Source: an uncultured Mycoplasmatota bacterium (GTDB lineage Bacteria > Bacillota_I > Bacilli_A > RF39 > UBA660). From it: 64,000 nucleotides of DNA. The stretch's first letter is position 1, and the number at the start of each line of letters is the position of its first letter. Below, in pieces: positions 45,693-54,162 of the stretch. Under the pieces are notes generated by a model. The model saw only the letters and a program-made list of their open reading frames with translations. It searched no databases and was not told the DNA's origin. Position numbers and translations under genes: made by a program. The stretch spans positions 1,901 to 65,900 of the forward strand of contig UQXO01000002.1 of the NCBI GenBank assembly GCA_900545005.1. Direction: 5' to 3'.

Positions 45693-47445
45693 TTTCTAAC
45701 TCCTCCTTTGACAATTGTGATAAGGCTATTTCCTTATAGACCTCACAATTTTTTAATAGTTCTTGATGCGTACCAATACCCACACAAGTTCCTTTATCTA
45801 AAACAACAATCTTATCGGCATTGATAATAGTTCCAATTCTTTGAGCCACTATCATACTAGTAGCTTCTTTAGTATATTTTTTTAATTCACTTCTTAAAGT
45901 AGCATCAGTTTTATAGTCTAGGGCTGAGAAGGAATCATCAAAAATATAAATTTCAGGGTCTCTAGCAATACTTCTAGCAATGGCTAGTCTTTGTTTTTGA
46001 CCGCCGGAAACATTAGTGCCACCTCTGGCGATATGAGAAGCAATTCCATCTTCCATCTTCGAAACAAAGTCTTGGGCTTGGGCAATTTTAATAGCTTCTT
46101 TAACTTTGGCATCACTTGGCTTCTTACCGTTCTTAGATCCATAAGCCACATTACTCTTTACAGTTCCTGTAAACATAACAGCTTTTTGTGGAATATATCC
46201 TAATTTATTATGTAATTCTTCCAAAGAATAATTTTTTACATTAACACCATCAACTAAAACTTCGCCATCAGTCGCATCATAAAATCTGGGAACAAGATTG
46301 ATAAGACTACTCTTTCCGGAACCAGTCGACCCAATAAAAGCAATAGTCTCACCTTTATTAACTTTAAAGGAAATATTACGTAATAAGTATTCATCAGCAT
46401 CAGGATACTTAAATGATACATTCTTAAATTCGACAGTACCGACTTCAGTTGGTTTAATATCATTATGACCATCTTCGATACTAATATCACAACCTAAAAT
46501 CTCATTAATACGGCGGGCCGAAATTTGAGCACGTGGCCACATCATAAAGATCATCGCTAACATTAAGAAAGACATAATAACTTGCATTCCATAACTAGAG
46601 AAAATAACCATATCACTAAAGAGGGTAATTTTAACACTGATAACGGCATTATTGATTAAGTAAGTTCCAATCGCATAAATACCTAAAGTTAAACCATTCA
46701 TAACTAGCATCATGACTGGATTTAAAATGGCAAAGCACTTTTGATTAAATAATTGCATATTGGTTAAATCGTTATTTACGTTTTCAAAGCGATTTTCTTG
46801 ATACTTTTCCGCATTGAAAGCTCTAATAACACGGATACCGGTTATTGATTCTCGCGTAACATTATTAATCTTATCGATTAATTTTTGGACTTTCTCAAAT
46901 CTTGGTAAAACGATTAACATAAGTCCCGTAACAACAGCTAATAAAATAACAACACATCCTGCCGTTAACATACTCCATTCTAAGGACTTATTTAAAATTT
47001 TCGTAATCGCCCACACCGCCATAATTGGAGCCTTAATAAGTAATTGTAAACCAATTGAAATAAGCATCTCTAACTGGGTAATATCATTGGTAGTACGAGT
47101 AATTAAACTACTGGTTTGAAATTGTTTTATTTCAGCAGTACTTAAATCTAAAACTTTATTATAAACTTTACTTCTCAAATTATAAGAAAAATTAGCTGAC
47201 AAGTTACTAGCTAAGAAACCTACGATACAAGCTGATACTAAAGAGCCAAAGGCACAAAGTAACATGTATCCACCTTGACGTAAGATATCCCCCATCGCAG
47301 AGCCATCTGTTTGAACAAGTCTAGTAATAGCGGACATATAATCCGGTAGTTTTAAATCCAACCATACTTGAAAAACAATCAAAATTATGCTTATAACTAT
47401 TATACCTATATCTTTTTTAGTAAAGTTTTTAAATAATTTAAACAT
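45685..47445 (-). CDS. ABC exporter, fused permease/ATPase (heterodimer subunit)
   Basis: GSTGSGKSS, VSGGQKQRL, YIFDDSFSALD. 8-nt overlaps on both sides. Confidence 0.9.
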   Translation of the reverse strand: MFKLFKNFTKKDIGIIVISIILIVFQVWLDLKLPDYMSAITRLVQTDGSAMGDILRQGGYMLLCAFGSLVSACIVGFLASNLSANFSYNLRSKVYNKVLDLSTAEIKQFQTSSLITRTTNDITQLEMLISIGLQLLIKAPIMAVWAITKILNKSLEWSMLTAGCVVILLAVVTGLMLIVLPRFEKVQKLIDKINNVTRESITGIRVIRAFNAEKYQENRFENVNNDLTNMQLFNQKCFAILNPVMMLVMNGLTLGIYAIGTYLINNAVISVKITLFSDMVIFSSYGMQVIMSFLMLAMIFMMWPRAQISARRINEILGCDISIEDGHNDIKPTEVGTVEFKNVSFKYPDADEYLLRNISFKVNKGETIAFIGSTGSGKSSLINLVPRFYDATDGEVLVDGVNVKNYSLEELHNKLGYIPQKAVMFTGTVKSNVAYGSKNGKKPSDAKVKEAIKIAQAQDFVSKMEDGIASHIARGGTNVSGGQKQRLAIARSIARDPEIYIFDDSFSALDYKTDATLRSELKKYTKEATSMIVAQRIGTIINADKIVVLDKGTCVGIGTHQELLKNCEVYKEIALSQLSKEELENA

Positions 47446-47896
47446 CTTTTTTCCTCTCTTCTTCTATTAAATTTCCTGCCAATTTCTTTAGCAATCTAAT
47501 CAATTCAGACTTTTCTTCTAGAGTAAAATCCTGCTCTAAAATACTTTCTAAATTCATTAGTTCAGCAGATACTTTTTTGGTATTATTTACAAATGTTTTC
47601 GTGAGTTTAATCTCATTTTTTCGAGGATCTTCACTTGCTACTTTTCTTATAATAATAGTATTTTTTTCCATCGTAGTAAGAATACCACTTACGGTTGAAC
47701 GCCTTAAATTAAACGTATCACAAATATCTTGCTGAAATATTTTCTTATTTTGATTTTTAAGTAAATACTTCATAATCATAACTTGCATAGGACTTATTCG
47801 ACATTTGGACTTTTTTTCAAAAGTTTTGATGACATAACGTCCTATCAATTTGTTGGTATTCATAATATAATACCCAATTGAATTATTATCTTGCAT
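47438..47896 (-). CDS. MarR-family transcriptional regulator
   Basis: Winged-HTH region QQDICDTFNLRRSTVSGILTTMEKNTIIIRKVASEDPRKNEIKLT; 152 aa; first gene of the ABC operon. Confidence 0.8.
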   Translation of the reverse strand: MQDNNSIGYYIMNTNKLIGRYVIKTFEKKSKCRISPMQVMIMKYLLKNQNKKIFQQDICDTFNLRRSTVSGILTTMEKNTIIIRKVASEDPRKNEIKLTKTFVNNTKKVSAELMNLESILEQDFTLEEKSELIRLLKKLAGNLIEEERKKDV

Positions 47897-47909
47897 ATTT
47901 TTACCACCA

Positions 47910-47960
47910 TTGTTAGGAAACTAACAAAATAATTCTAGCATTCTTAAAAAGATTAGTCAA
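47910..47960 (-). promoter_or_regulatory. candidate promoter plus palindromic operator of the marR-ABC operon
   Basis: Minus strand TTGACT - 17 nt - TAGAAT, then the perfect inverted repeat TTGTTAG tttc CTAACAA (47910-47927) between the -10 and the GGTGG SD. Confidence 0.55.
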
Positions 47961-47997
47961 TAAATTTTCTAATCTTCACATACTTTTCATGTCCTAT

Positions 47998-48771
47998 TTA
48001 ATATTCACTGATTAATTCACTTAAATAGATAATTTTTAAGTCTTTAGATTTTATGTATTCTAAAAGACAGTCTAAATAAGTTATATCCTTTAAATAGATG
48101 ATACTACCACTAGTGAGTTTTTCTTTTACTGCGATAATATTAGATTCATCTAAAGTAAGAGTGGGTTTTACTAAATACTTTTTCTTCCTTTGACAGAGTT
48201 TTAAAAAAGAATTATTATCATTTACAAGACAAATATTAGTATTTAATTTAGATTTCTTTAGAAGTTTATCTAATTCTTGATAGTTATCATAGTCATTATT
48301 AATTTGTTCAAAATAACTATCTTTAGAAAAATCGTTCTTATTAATTAGAAGAGAAGCTTTAAGATTATGTTTTACTAAGTAGTCTTTAATCTCTTCTTCT
48401 TTATAATCGGTTATAAGACTTACTCCCTGTTTCTTACTATTACCTTGAATAATTATTTTATCTAAGTTATTACTTAAAGAAACCTCTGGTTTAATCGGTT
48501 TACTTACGAGATAAAGACTATTAAAGACATCTTGTTCTTTCATTTTCGATAGACTTTTTAATTCATCAATGATACTACCATACATCCCCGGAATAATATA
48601 ATCATCAGTAACAGTGGCATTGACATAATCAGTTTTTCTTTCGATACTAGCCGTCTTTATTTCTTTTAGAATAGGATCTTGGTCTCTAACCAGAGAGGCT
48701 GTTTTATTAGTTGTATAAAAACTTAAGAGAACTAAAATACTAAATATTAGGTATTTACCATACTTTTTCAT
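47998..48771 (-). CDS. N-terminally anchored/secreted hypothetical protein (257 aa); possibly polysaccharide-deacetylase-like
   Basis: Hydrophobic N-terminus YLIFSILVLLSFY. The segment YVNATVTDDYIIPGMYGSIID weakly recalls PdaB/YlxY-type proteins, so the function call is tentative. Confidence 0.45.
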   Translation of the reverse strand: MKKYGKYLIFSILVLLSFYTTNKTASLVRDQDPILKEIKTASIERKTDYVNATVTDDYIIPGMYGSIIDELKSLSKMKEQDVFNSLYLVSKPIKPEVSLSNNLDKIIIQGNSKKQGVSLITDYKEEEIKDYLVKHNLKASLLINKNDFSKDSYFEQINNDYDNYQELDKLLKKSKLNTNICLVNDNNSFLKLCQRKKKYLVKPTLTLDESNIIAVKEKLTSGSIIYLKDITYLDCLLEYIKSKDLKIIYLSELISEY

Positions 48772-48830
48772 TAAATCACCTAATAAATTATATTCTTCTA
48801 AAAAGAAAAAAATCTAGTTTCCTAGATTCT

Positions 48831-49190
48831 TTAGCATATCTTTGATTTAATTAGATCAATTCCTCTTTTAGGATCACTAATTAGCATACTATAAGCACTT
48901 TGATTCTTACGAAGCTCGACCATAAAATAAACTTCATCTTTAGTCATAGCTACTACTTCATCTTTCTTATCTGCATCACTAACACTTACTAAAGTATCAC
49001 TGCCAATTAAGTAATCAGCATCGACATTAAAAATTTCACATAATTTGATAATACTTTCTAAAGTTGGATTACGAAGTTCTCTTTCATATAGACAAATTAC
49101 AGATTTTTTAACGCCAATTAACTGCCCTAACTCACTTTGGGTAAGCCCTTTTGCTTTTCTTAAGTTTTTTAGTCTTTCACCTTTTACCAT
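48831..49190 (-). CDS. XRE-family HTH transcriptional regulator
   Basis: LKNLRKAKGLTQSELGQLIGVKKSVICLYERELRNPTLESIIKLCEIFNVDADYL. Confidence 0.85.
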   Translation of the reverse strand: MVKGERLKNLRKAKGLTQSELGQLIGVKKSVICLYERELRNPTLESIIKLCEIFNVDADYLIGSDTLVSVSDADKKDEVVAMTKDEVYFMVELRKNQSAYSMLISDPKRGIDLIKSKIC

Positions 49191-49222
49191 AAACCCACCT
49201 GTTCTTCCTTTCGATAGTGACT

Positions 49223-49250
49223 AGTTTAACATCTTTTTACTATTTGTCAA
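49223..49250 (-). promoter_or_regulatory. candidate promoter of the XRE regulator gene
   Basis: Minus strand TTGACA - 16 nt - TAAACT; AGGTGG SD before the ATG at 49190. Confidence 0.45.
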
Positions 49251-49498
49251 GGGAAAGTTTACACAGAATAAAAAGAATTTAGTCCCGGGTTTGCAATACA
49301 TATTTATAAAACATTTTGTACTCACTTTAGTAATATTATCTTATCAAAACTTTTTCCAAAAGTAAACTAGGTGTTTAAACTACTACCTCTTCTTTAGGAT
49401 TAATCGTTTAGCCTCCCCTATATAAATAAGGAAAATATTCTTAGATGTTTATATTCTTATAGATATATATAGTAAGACTACATTTACTTTTTAGCAAG

Positions 49499-49522
49499 AA
49501 AAAAAGTGACCAATTAGTCACT
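49499..49522 (-). terminator. rho-independent terminator containing the stop codon of the DinJ-like gene
   Basis: Minus strand AGTGAC taattg GTCACT followed by TTTTTTT. Confidence 0.7.
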
Positions 49523-49786
49523 ATCTTCACAATGAGAATCACATTTTTCACAATCGCATTCACATTCTTCACAATTGCACTTGCAATTGCAATCACAATC
49601 ACAATCACAATCGCAATCACATTCACAATCATCGAAACCGATATGAAAAGGAATACCCATATGATGTAATGATGCGGTTAAGAAAATGTTGATAGCAGTT
49701 TCTGTGTCTAAGCCTAGGCTATCAAATAATTCATCACAATTACTTTTTAAATCTTTGTCTACTTTGACATTAACTAGTTCTTTCAC
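49514..49786 (-). CDS. RelB/DinJ-like antitoxin domain fused to a Cys-rich (CxC)n acidic tail
   Basis: N-terminus VNVKVDKDLKSNCDELFDSLGLDTETAINIFLTASLHHMGIPF parallels DinJ (ARIDEDLK...GLT...LPF). C-terminus CECDCDCDCDCDCNCKCNCEECECDCEKCDSHC has 15 Cys in 38 aa. Confidence 0.75.
   Translation of the reverse strand: MKELVNVKVDKDLKSNCDELFDSLGLDTETAINIFLTASLHHMGIPFHIGFDDCECDCDCDCDCDCNCKCNCEECECDCEKCDSHCEDSD
49517..49630 (-). repeat. in-frame TGY-GAY (Cys-Asp) hexanucleotide-type coding repeat
   Basis: Minus strand TGTGAATGTGATTGCGATTGTGATTGTGATTGTGATTGCAATTGCAAGTGCAATTGT..., with three perfect TGTGAT units in a row. Confidence 0.8.
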
Positions 49787-49896
49787 TTGGACCTCCTAAG
49801 GATATTATATCCAAATAATGATAAAAATACTATTAAATTTTCGCAAAAGATGGTATTAATGTGCTATACTAAAACAAATTTAAGAAAGGGATATTT

Positions 49897-50592
49897 ATGG
49901 AAAAAATTGTAAATGAATGTGAAAAAGGTAATTTGATTGTCTTAAGTGGGCCATCGGGAGCCGGAAAAGATAGTATTATTAGAGAGCTTAAAAATTATTA
50001 TCATAATTTTTGGGTATCGGTATCCATGACTAGTCGAGCTCCCCGAGGAGAAGAAGTCGATGGAATTGATTATTTCTTTGTAAGTAAGGAAGAGTTTGAA
50101 AAACATATCAAGAATAATGATTTCTTAGAGTATGCAATGTATAATGATAATTATTATGGAACTCCGAAGTCTAAGATTAATGATTTTTTAGACCAAGGAA
50201 AAGATGTTATCTTAGAAATTGAAATTCAAGGGGCTTTAAAGATTAAAGAAGAGTTTCCAGAGGCTATATTCATCTTTATTATGCCGCCTTCAATGGGGGA
50301 ATTAGTAAGAAGATTAAAGAAACGTAATACGGAAGATACAGAGAAAATTATTAAGCGTTTTAAGAAGGCTTATCAAGAGATAAACTATTATAATAATTAT
50401 AACTATGTAGTTATTAATGATGATTTAGATACAGCGGTTAGAAAAGTAGAAGCTATTTTAGTATCGGAAAGACTTAGAGTATCTAGAATTGAAAATGTTT
50501 ATGTTGGGAATATGGAAGAAGAGTTACATGAGGCTTTAAGAGATGATATGGAGTTTGTTAATCATGTAATGGTAGATTCTAAGGATGAATAA
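49897..50592 (+). CDS. gmk: guanylate kinase
   Basis: LSGPSGAGKDSI (P-loop), SMTSRAPRGEEVDGIDYFFVS, LEYAMYNDNYYGTP. Confidence 0.9.
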   Translation: MEKIVNECEKGNLIVLSGPSGAGKDSIIRELKNYYHNFWVSVSMTSRAPRGEEVDGIDYFFVSKEEFEKHIKNNDFLEYAMYNDNYYGTPKSKINDFLDQGKDVILEIEIQGALKIKEEFPEAIFIFIMPPSMGELVRRLKKRNTEDTEKIIKRFKKAYQEINYYNNYNYVVINDDLDTAVRKVEAILVSERLRVSRIENVYVGNMEEELHEALRDDMEFVNHVMVDSKDE

Positions 50593-51358
50593 GCTTTTAG
50601 ATACTTATTATAATAAGTTTAATGAAGATAAGAGGCTTTTAAGAAGACATGGTCTGGTGGAATATTATACGACTATTAAGTATTTAGATGAGGTTTTAAA
50701 TGGTTATAAAAATCCTAAAGTACTTGATGTCGGAGCGGGTACGGGAGTCTATAGCAAATATTTAAGTGACCAGGATTATGATGTGACAGCGGTTGAGTTA
50801 GTTAAACATAATTTAAGAGTCTTAAATAGTAAAATTCCAGGGATTAAGAGTTATCTTGGGAATGCTTTAGATTTAAGTTTCTTAAAGAATAATAAGTATG
50901 ATGTTATTTTGTTATTTGGCCCTATTTATCATCTTTTTGGAAATGATAAGTCTTTAGCACTTAAAGAGGCTTTAAAGTATCTAAATACCAATGGTACTTT
51001 GATGATTATTTATTGTCTTAATGATTATGCTATTTTAAAGCATGGGTTTATAGATGGGAATATTATTAGAGAAAAGGATAATCTTAATGATTGTTATCTT
51101 ATTAAAGATAAGGAAGATAATTTATATAGTTTTGATACTTTAGAGTCTATAGATAAACTTAATAAGGAGTGTCATTTAAAGAGAATAAAGATTATTAGTC
51201 AAGAAGGAATGAGTGAATATATAAGACCTATTCTTAATAAGATGAGTGAAGAAGAATTTAAGATGTATATAGATTTTCATTTAAAAAGATGTGAAAATTA
51301 TGAATATTTAGGATTATCTAGACATGTCTTAGATATTGTAAAAACCACAAGAAATTAA
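50585..51358 (+). CDS. class I SAM-dependent methyltransferase
   Basis: VLDVGAGTGVYSKYL (motif I), DVTAVEL, YDVILLFGPIYHL. 8-nt overlap with gmk. Confidence 0.8.
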   Translation: MNKLLDTYYNKFNEDKRLLRRHGLVEYYTTIKYLDEVLNGYKNPKVLDVGAGTGVYSKYLSDQDYDVTAVELVKHNLRVLNSKIPGIKSYLGNALDLSFLKNNKYDVILLFGPIYHLFGNDKSLALKEALKYLNTNGTLMIIYCLNDYAILKHGFIDGNIIREKDNLNDCYLIKDKEDNLYSFDTLESIDKLNKECHLKRIKIISQEGMSEYIRPILNKMSEEEFKMYIDFHLKRCENYEYLGLSRHVLDIVKTTRN

Positions 51359-51374
51359 TCTTGTGGTGTTTTTT
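51341..51374. terminator. bidirectional terminator hairpin that encodes both convergent C-termini
   Basis: AAAA CCACAAGA aattaa TCTTGTGG tg TTTTTT. The plus-strand stop (51356-51358) and minus-strand stop (51355-51357) lie in the loop. Confidence 0.7.
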
Positions 51375-53625
51375 GTTCTAATTTAACTAAGACTTCCCGT
51401 GGTTTAGAACCGTTAGCTGGTCCAATAATACCGCGTTCTTCTAAGAGATCAATACAACGAGCGGCACGATTATAGCCAAGGCGAAATCTTCTTTGAAGAA
51501 GTGAGGCGGAAATTTTACCGGTATTGATGGCAAATTCAACGATTTCATTATATAACGGATCTTCATAGTCTTCTTTTTCACCAGATACTGGATTATGGTC
51601 ATCTTCTTTAGGAGCCGTAATATGAGTATCATAGTTAGCTTGTTGTTGAGAACAAACATATTCAATTAATCTTCTAATCTCATCATCAGAAATAAAACAA
51701 CCTTGGATACGGATAGGAGCATTTTCTCCCATTGGTAGATATAACATATCCCCTTTTCCTAATAGTTTTTCCGCTCCCGAACAATCTAAAATAGTACGGG
51801 AATCAATTTGACTGGATACAGCAAAGGAAATACGAGATGGAATATTAGCTTTAACAACACCAGTAATAACATCAGTCGAAGGGCGCTGTGTAGCAACGAT
51901 TAAATGGATACCAGCCGCACGAGCCATCTGAGTAATACGCATAATAGAGTCTTCAACTTCTTTAGAAGCCACCATCATAAGATCAGCTAACTCATCGATA
52001 ATAACTACTATATAAGTCATTTTTTTCTTTTTACAATCAGGATTATCTTCATTATATTTATCAATCATCTCATTGTAACCAGAAATATTTTTAACACCAT
52101 TTTCTTCGAATAAGTCATAACGATGTTCCATTTCTTCAACAATTCTTTGAAGTGCTAAAGATGCTTTCTTAGGATCTGTAACAACAGGACATAATAGATG
52201 AGGGACACCATTGTAGTTAGAAAGTTCAACCTTCTTAGGATCAACCATCATCAGTTTTACTTCATCAGGACGATAACGCATCAAAATACTAGCAATAAAC
52301 GAATTAATACAAACGGATTTACCAGAACCGGTTGATCCTGCTACTAAAAGATGAGGCATTTTAGAAATATCGGCAGTCTGAACGCGACCCATAATATCTT
52401 TTCCTAAAGAAACTAAAATCTTAGCTTTTAATTGATTAGGTGGAATATTAGCCATAACTTCTTTGATTTGAACAGAAGAAATAACGGGATTAGGTATTTC
52501 AATGCCAACTGTATTCTTACCAGGAATAGGAGCTTCTATCTTAACAGACTTAGCAGCCATCCCAAGAGCAATTTCTTTATCTAAAGAGACAATACGACTT
52601 AATTTAGTTCCGGCAGGAATATGGACTTCATACTGAGTAACAGCGGGTCCCATATGAATTTCTACAACTTTTCCATCAATACCAAATTCTTTTAAGACTC
52701 TTTCTAGGATATTTTTATTACTACGAATAAATTCCGTTGAATTAGTCTTATTATCTTTCTTTATAGGGTCTAAGATTTTATTAATATCTGGAAGACGATA
52801 ATTATCATTAACAAATACTAGTTTATCTTCTTGAGGTTCACTAATTTGCGTAGTTTCACCGGTCGTAACAGGAATTTCTCGAGGTGGCTCCGGTACAGGA
52901 TGATTTTTTAACTCCTCTACACTAGTAATAACTACTTTGTTATCATTTTCATGATTAGGTGTTGCTGTTGTAATTGGAACTTCTTCATTAGAATTTTCTT
53001 CCTCATCTTCCTCATCATCACTATCAAAGAAAGTATCAACAATAAGTTCTTTGATTTTCGAATAGATTTCAGCAGGATTAATATCAAAGAAAAGTATAAT
53101 ACCAAAGATAGCACTAATGATAATAACAATCATCGTTCCTGGATAGCCAAAGAATTGGACAAGTCCCCCGGAAAGTATAGCTCCAATTAAACCACCCCCA
53201 ACAGTAATAGAAGTATCCCCACTAGAAAGAATGGGACCAGTACCATTAATACTAGCAACTCTCCCCATATAATTATCTTTAGTAGCATTAATAACACTAA
53301 TAAAGTTAGGATTATTTTTAATGAAGTTAGAGTGAGCAAGGATTAAGATTACTCCTAGGAGAATGAAAACTCCAATAAATTTAGCAGATTTAAAGTCTGG
53401 TAAATGACGACGAAATAACATCAAAAAACCAATAATTATCAAAAGGATTAGTAAAAGATACCAAAATTCTCCAACTAAAAAGATGGAAAACTTCTTAAAC
53501 AAAGCCCCAACAAGACCAAATCCAAAGCCAATGATGCCAATTAAAACAATAATAAGTCCTGTCAATTCTACACTATATCCCAGTTTTTTCTCATCACTAT
53601 TTTTACGTTTTTTCTTCTTTGCCAT
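51355..53625 (-). CDS. ftsK: DNA translocase FtsK/SpoIIIE
   Basis: N-terminal TM helices, acidic linker, LLVAGSTGSGKSVCIN, IVVIIDELADLMM, HLIVATQRPS, and a C-terminal gamma wHTH (LLQRRFRLGYNRAARCIDLLE). The track ORF starts at 53655; M at 53625 (MAKKKKRK) is equally possible. Confidence 0.9.
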   Translation of the reverse strand: MAKKKKRKNSDEKKLGYSVELTGLIIVLIGIIGFGFGLVGALFKKFSIFLVGEFWYLLLILLIIIGFLMLFRRHLPDFKSAKFIGVFILLGVILILAHSNFIKNNPNFISVINATKDNYMGRVASINGTGPILSSGDTSITVGGGLIGAILSGGLVQFFGYPGTMIVIIISAIFGIILFFDINPAEIYSKIKELIVDTFFDSDDEEDEEENSNEEVPITTATPNHENDNKVVITSVEELKNHPVPEPPREIPVTTGETTQISEPQEDKLVFVNDNYRLPDINKILDPIKKDNKTNSTEFIRSNKNILERVLKEFGIDGKVVEIHMGPAVTQYEVHIPAGTKLSRIVSLDKEIALGMAAKSVKIEAPIPGKNTVGIEIPNPVISSVQIKEVMANIPPNQLKAKILVSLGKDIMGRVQTADISKMPHLLVAGSTGSGKSVCINSFIASILMRYRPDEVKLMMVDPKKVELSNYNGVPHLLCPVVTDPKKASLALQRIVEEMEHRYDLFEENGVKNISGYNEMIDKYNEDNPDCKKKKMTYIVVIIDELADLMMVASKEVEDSIMRITQMARAAGIHLIVATQRPSTDVITGVVKANIPSRISFAVSSQIDSRTILDCSGAEKLLGKGDMLYLPMGENAPIRIQGCFISDDEIRRLIEYVCSQQQANYDTHITAPKEDDHNPVSGEKEDYEDPLYNEIVEFAINTGKISASLLQRRFRLGYNRAARCIDLLEERGIIGPANGSKPREVLVKLEQKTPQD

Positions 53626-53685
53626 AACACGCCCTACTTTCTTATGCACTTCCATTATAATATAAATCTAAGAAAAAAGCATTAG

Positions 53686-53708
53686 AAAAAAAGGGATTTC
53701 CCCTTTTA
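53686..53708 (-). terminator. weak hairpin plus T-run after the small-ORF pair
   Basis: Minus strand AAAGGG gaaat CCCTTT followed by TTTTC. Confidence 0.4.
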
Positions 53709-53822
53709 ATAAAAGATAAAACTAGATAGTATAATAGCAAGTAAGATATAAAGTACTATTATAAATAAGTAGTTTTGGTTGGTTTGATTAGAACATTTGT
53801 CTTTTTTTACACACTTTTCCAT
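53706..53822 (-). CDS. 38-aa single-TM micro-protein
   Basis: Own translation MEKCVKKDKCSNQTNQNYLFIIVLYILLAIILSSFIFY. AAGGTGAT SD lies 3 nt before the ATG. Below the ORF-track size cutoff. Confidence 0.5.
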   Translation of the reverse strand: MEKCVKKDKCSNQTNQNYLFIIVLYILLAIILSSFIFY

Positions 53823-53831
53823 AGTATCACC

Positions 53832-53924
53832 TTAAATAAATGCTCCAACTATGATAATTAATAATATAAATAAAACTAAGATAATAGCAGGTCCCATGCT
53901 GTTGCATCCACATCCGTTATTCAT
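53832..53924 (-). CDS. 30-aa tiny TM protein resembling the YjcZ / tiny_TM_bacill family
   Basis: Own translation MNNGCGCNSMGPAIILVLFILLIIIVGAFI. GGAGGGA SD upstream. The VLFILLIIVGA core is typical of that family. Confidence 0.6.
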   Translation of the reverse strand: MNNGCGCNSMGPAIILVLFILLIIIVGAFI

Positions 53925-54162
53925 AAATTTCCCTCCTTTTATAAGTCTCATTATATCTTATGGTAAGTCTAAATTTTTGTGTATGATATTTTTCTTATCT
54001 TTTATTTGTACTGGTTATGATTATTACCAAAGATTTTATTTACTTAAAGAAAATACTTGAGATAAATTTATAATCTTAAAAGGAAAATCTAAGAAAAAAG
54101 ACTTAATTACTAGTACCAAATCCCGTATTTATGCTATAATGTCCTAGAAGGAGATAGAAAAA

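Noticed and set aside
49441-49632. 63-aa ORF (MIVNVIAIVIVIVIAIASAIV...) and a possible CRISPR-like or microsatellite array
   Set aside because: It is the alternative frame of the TGYGAY coding repeat of the DinJ-like gene. The units are 6 nt with no spacers, so this is not a CRISPR array.
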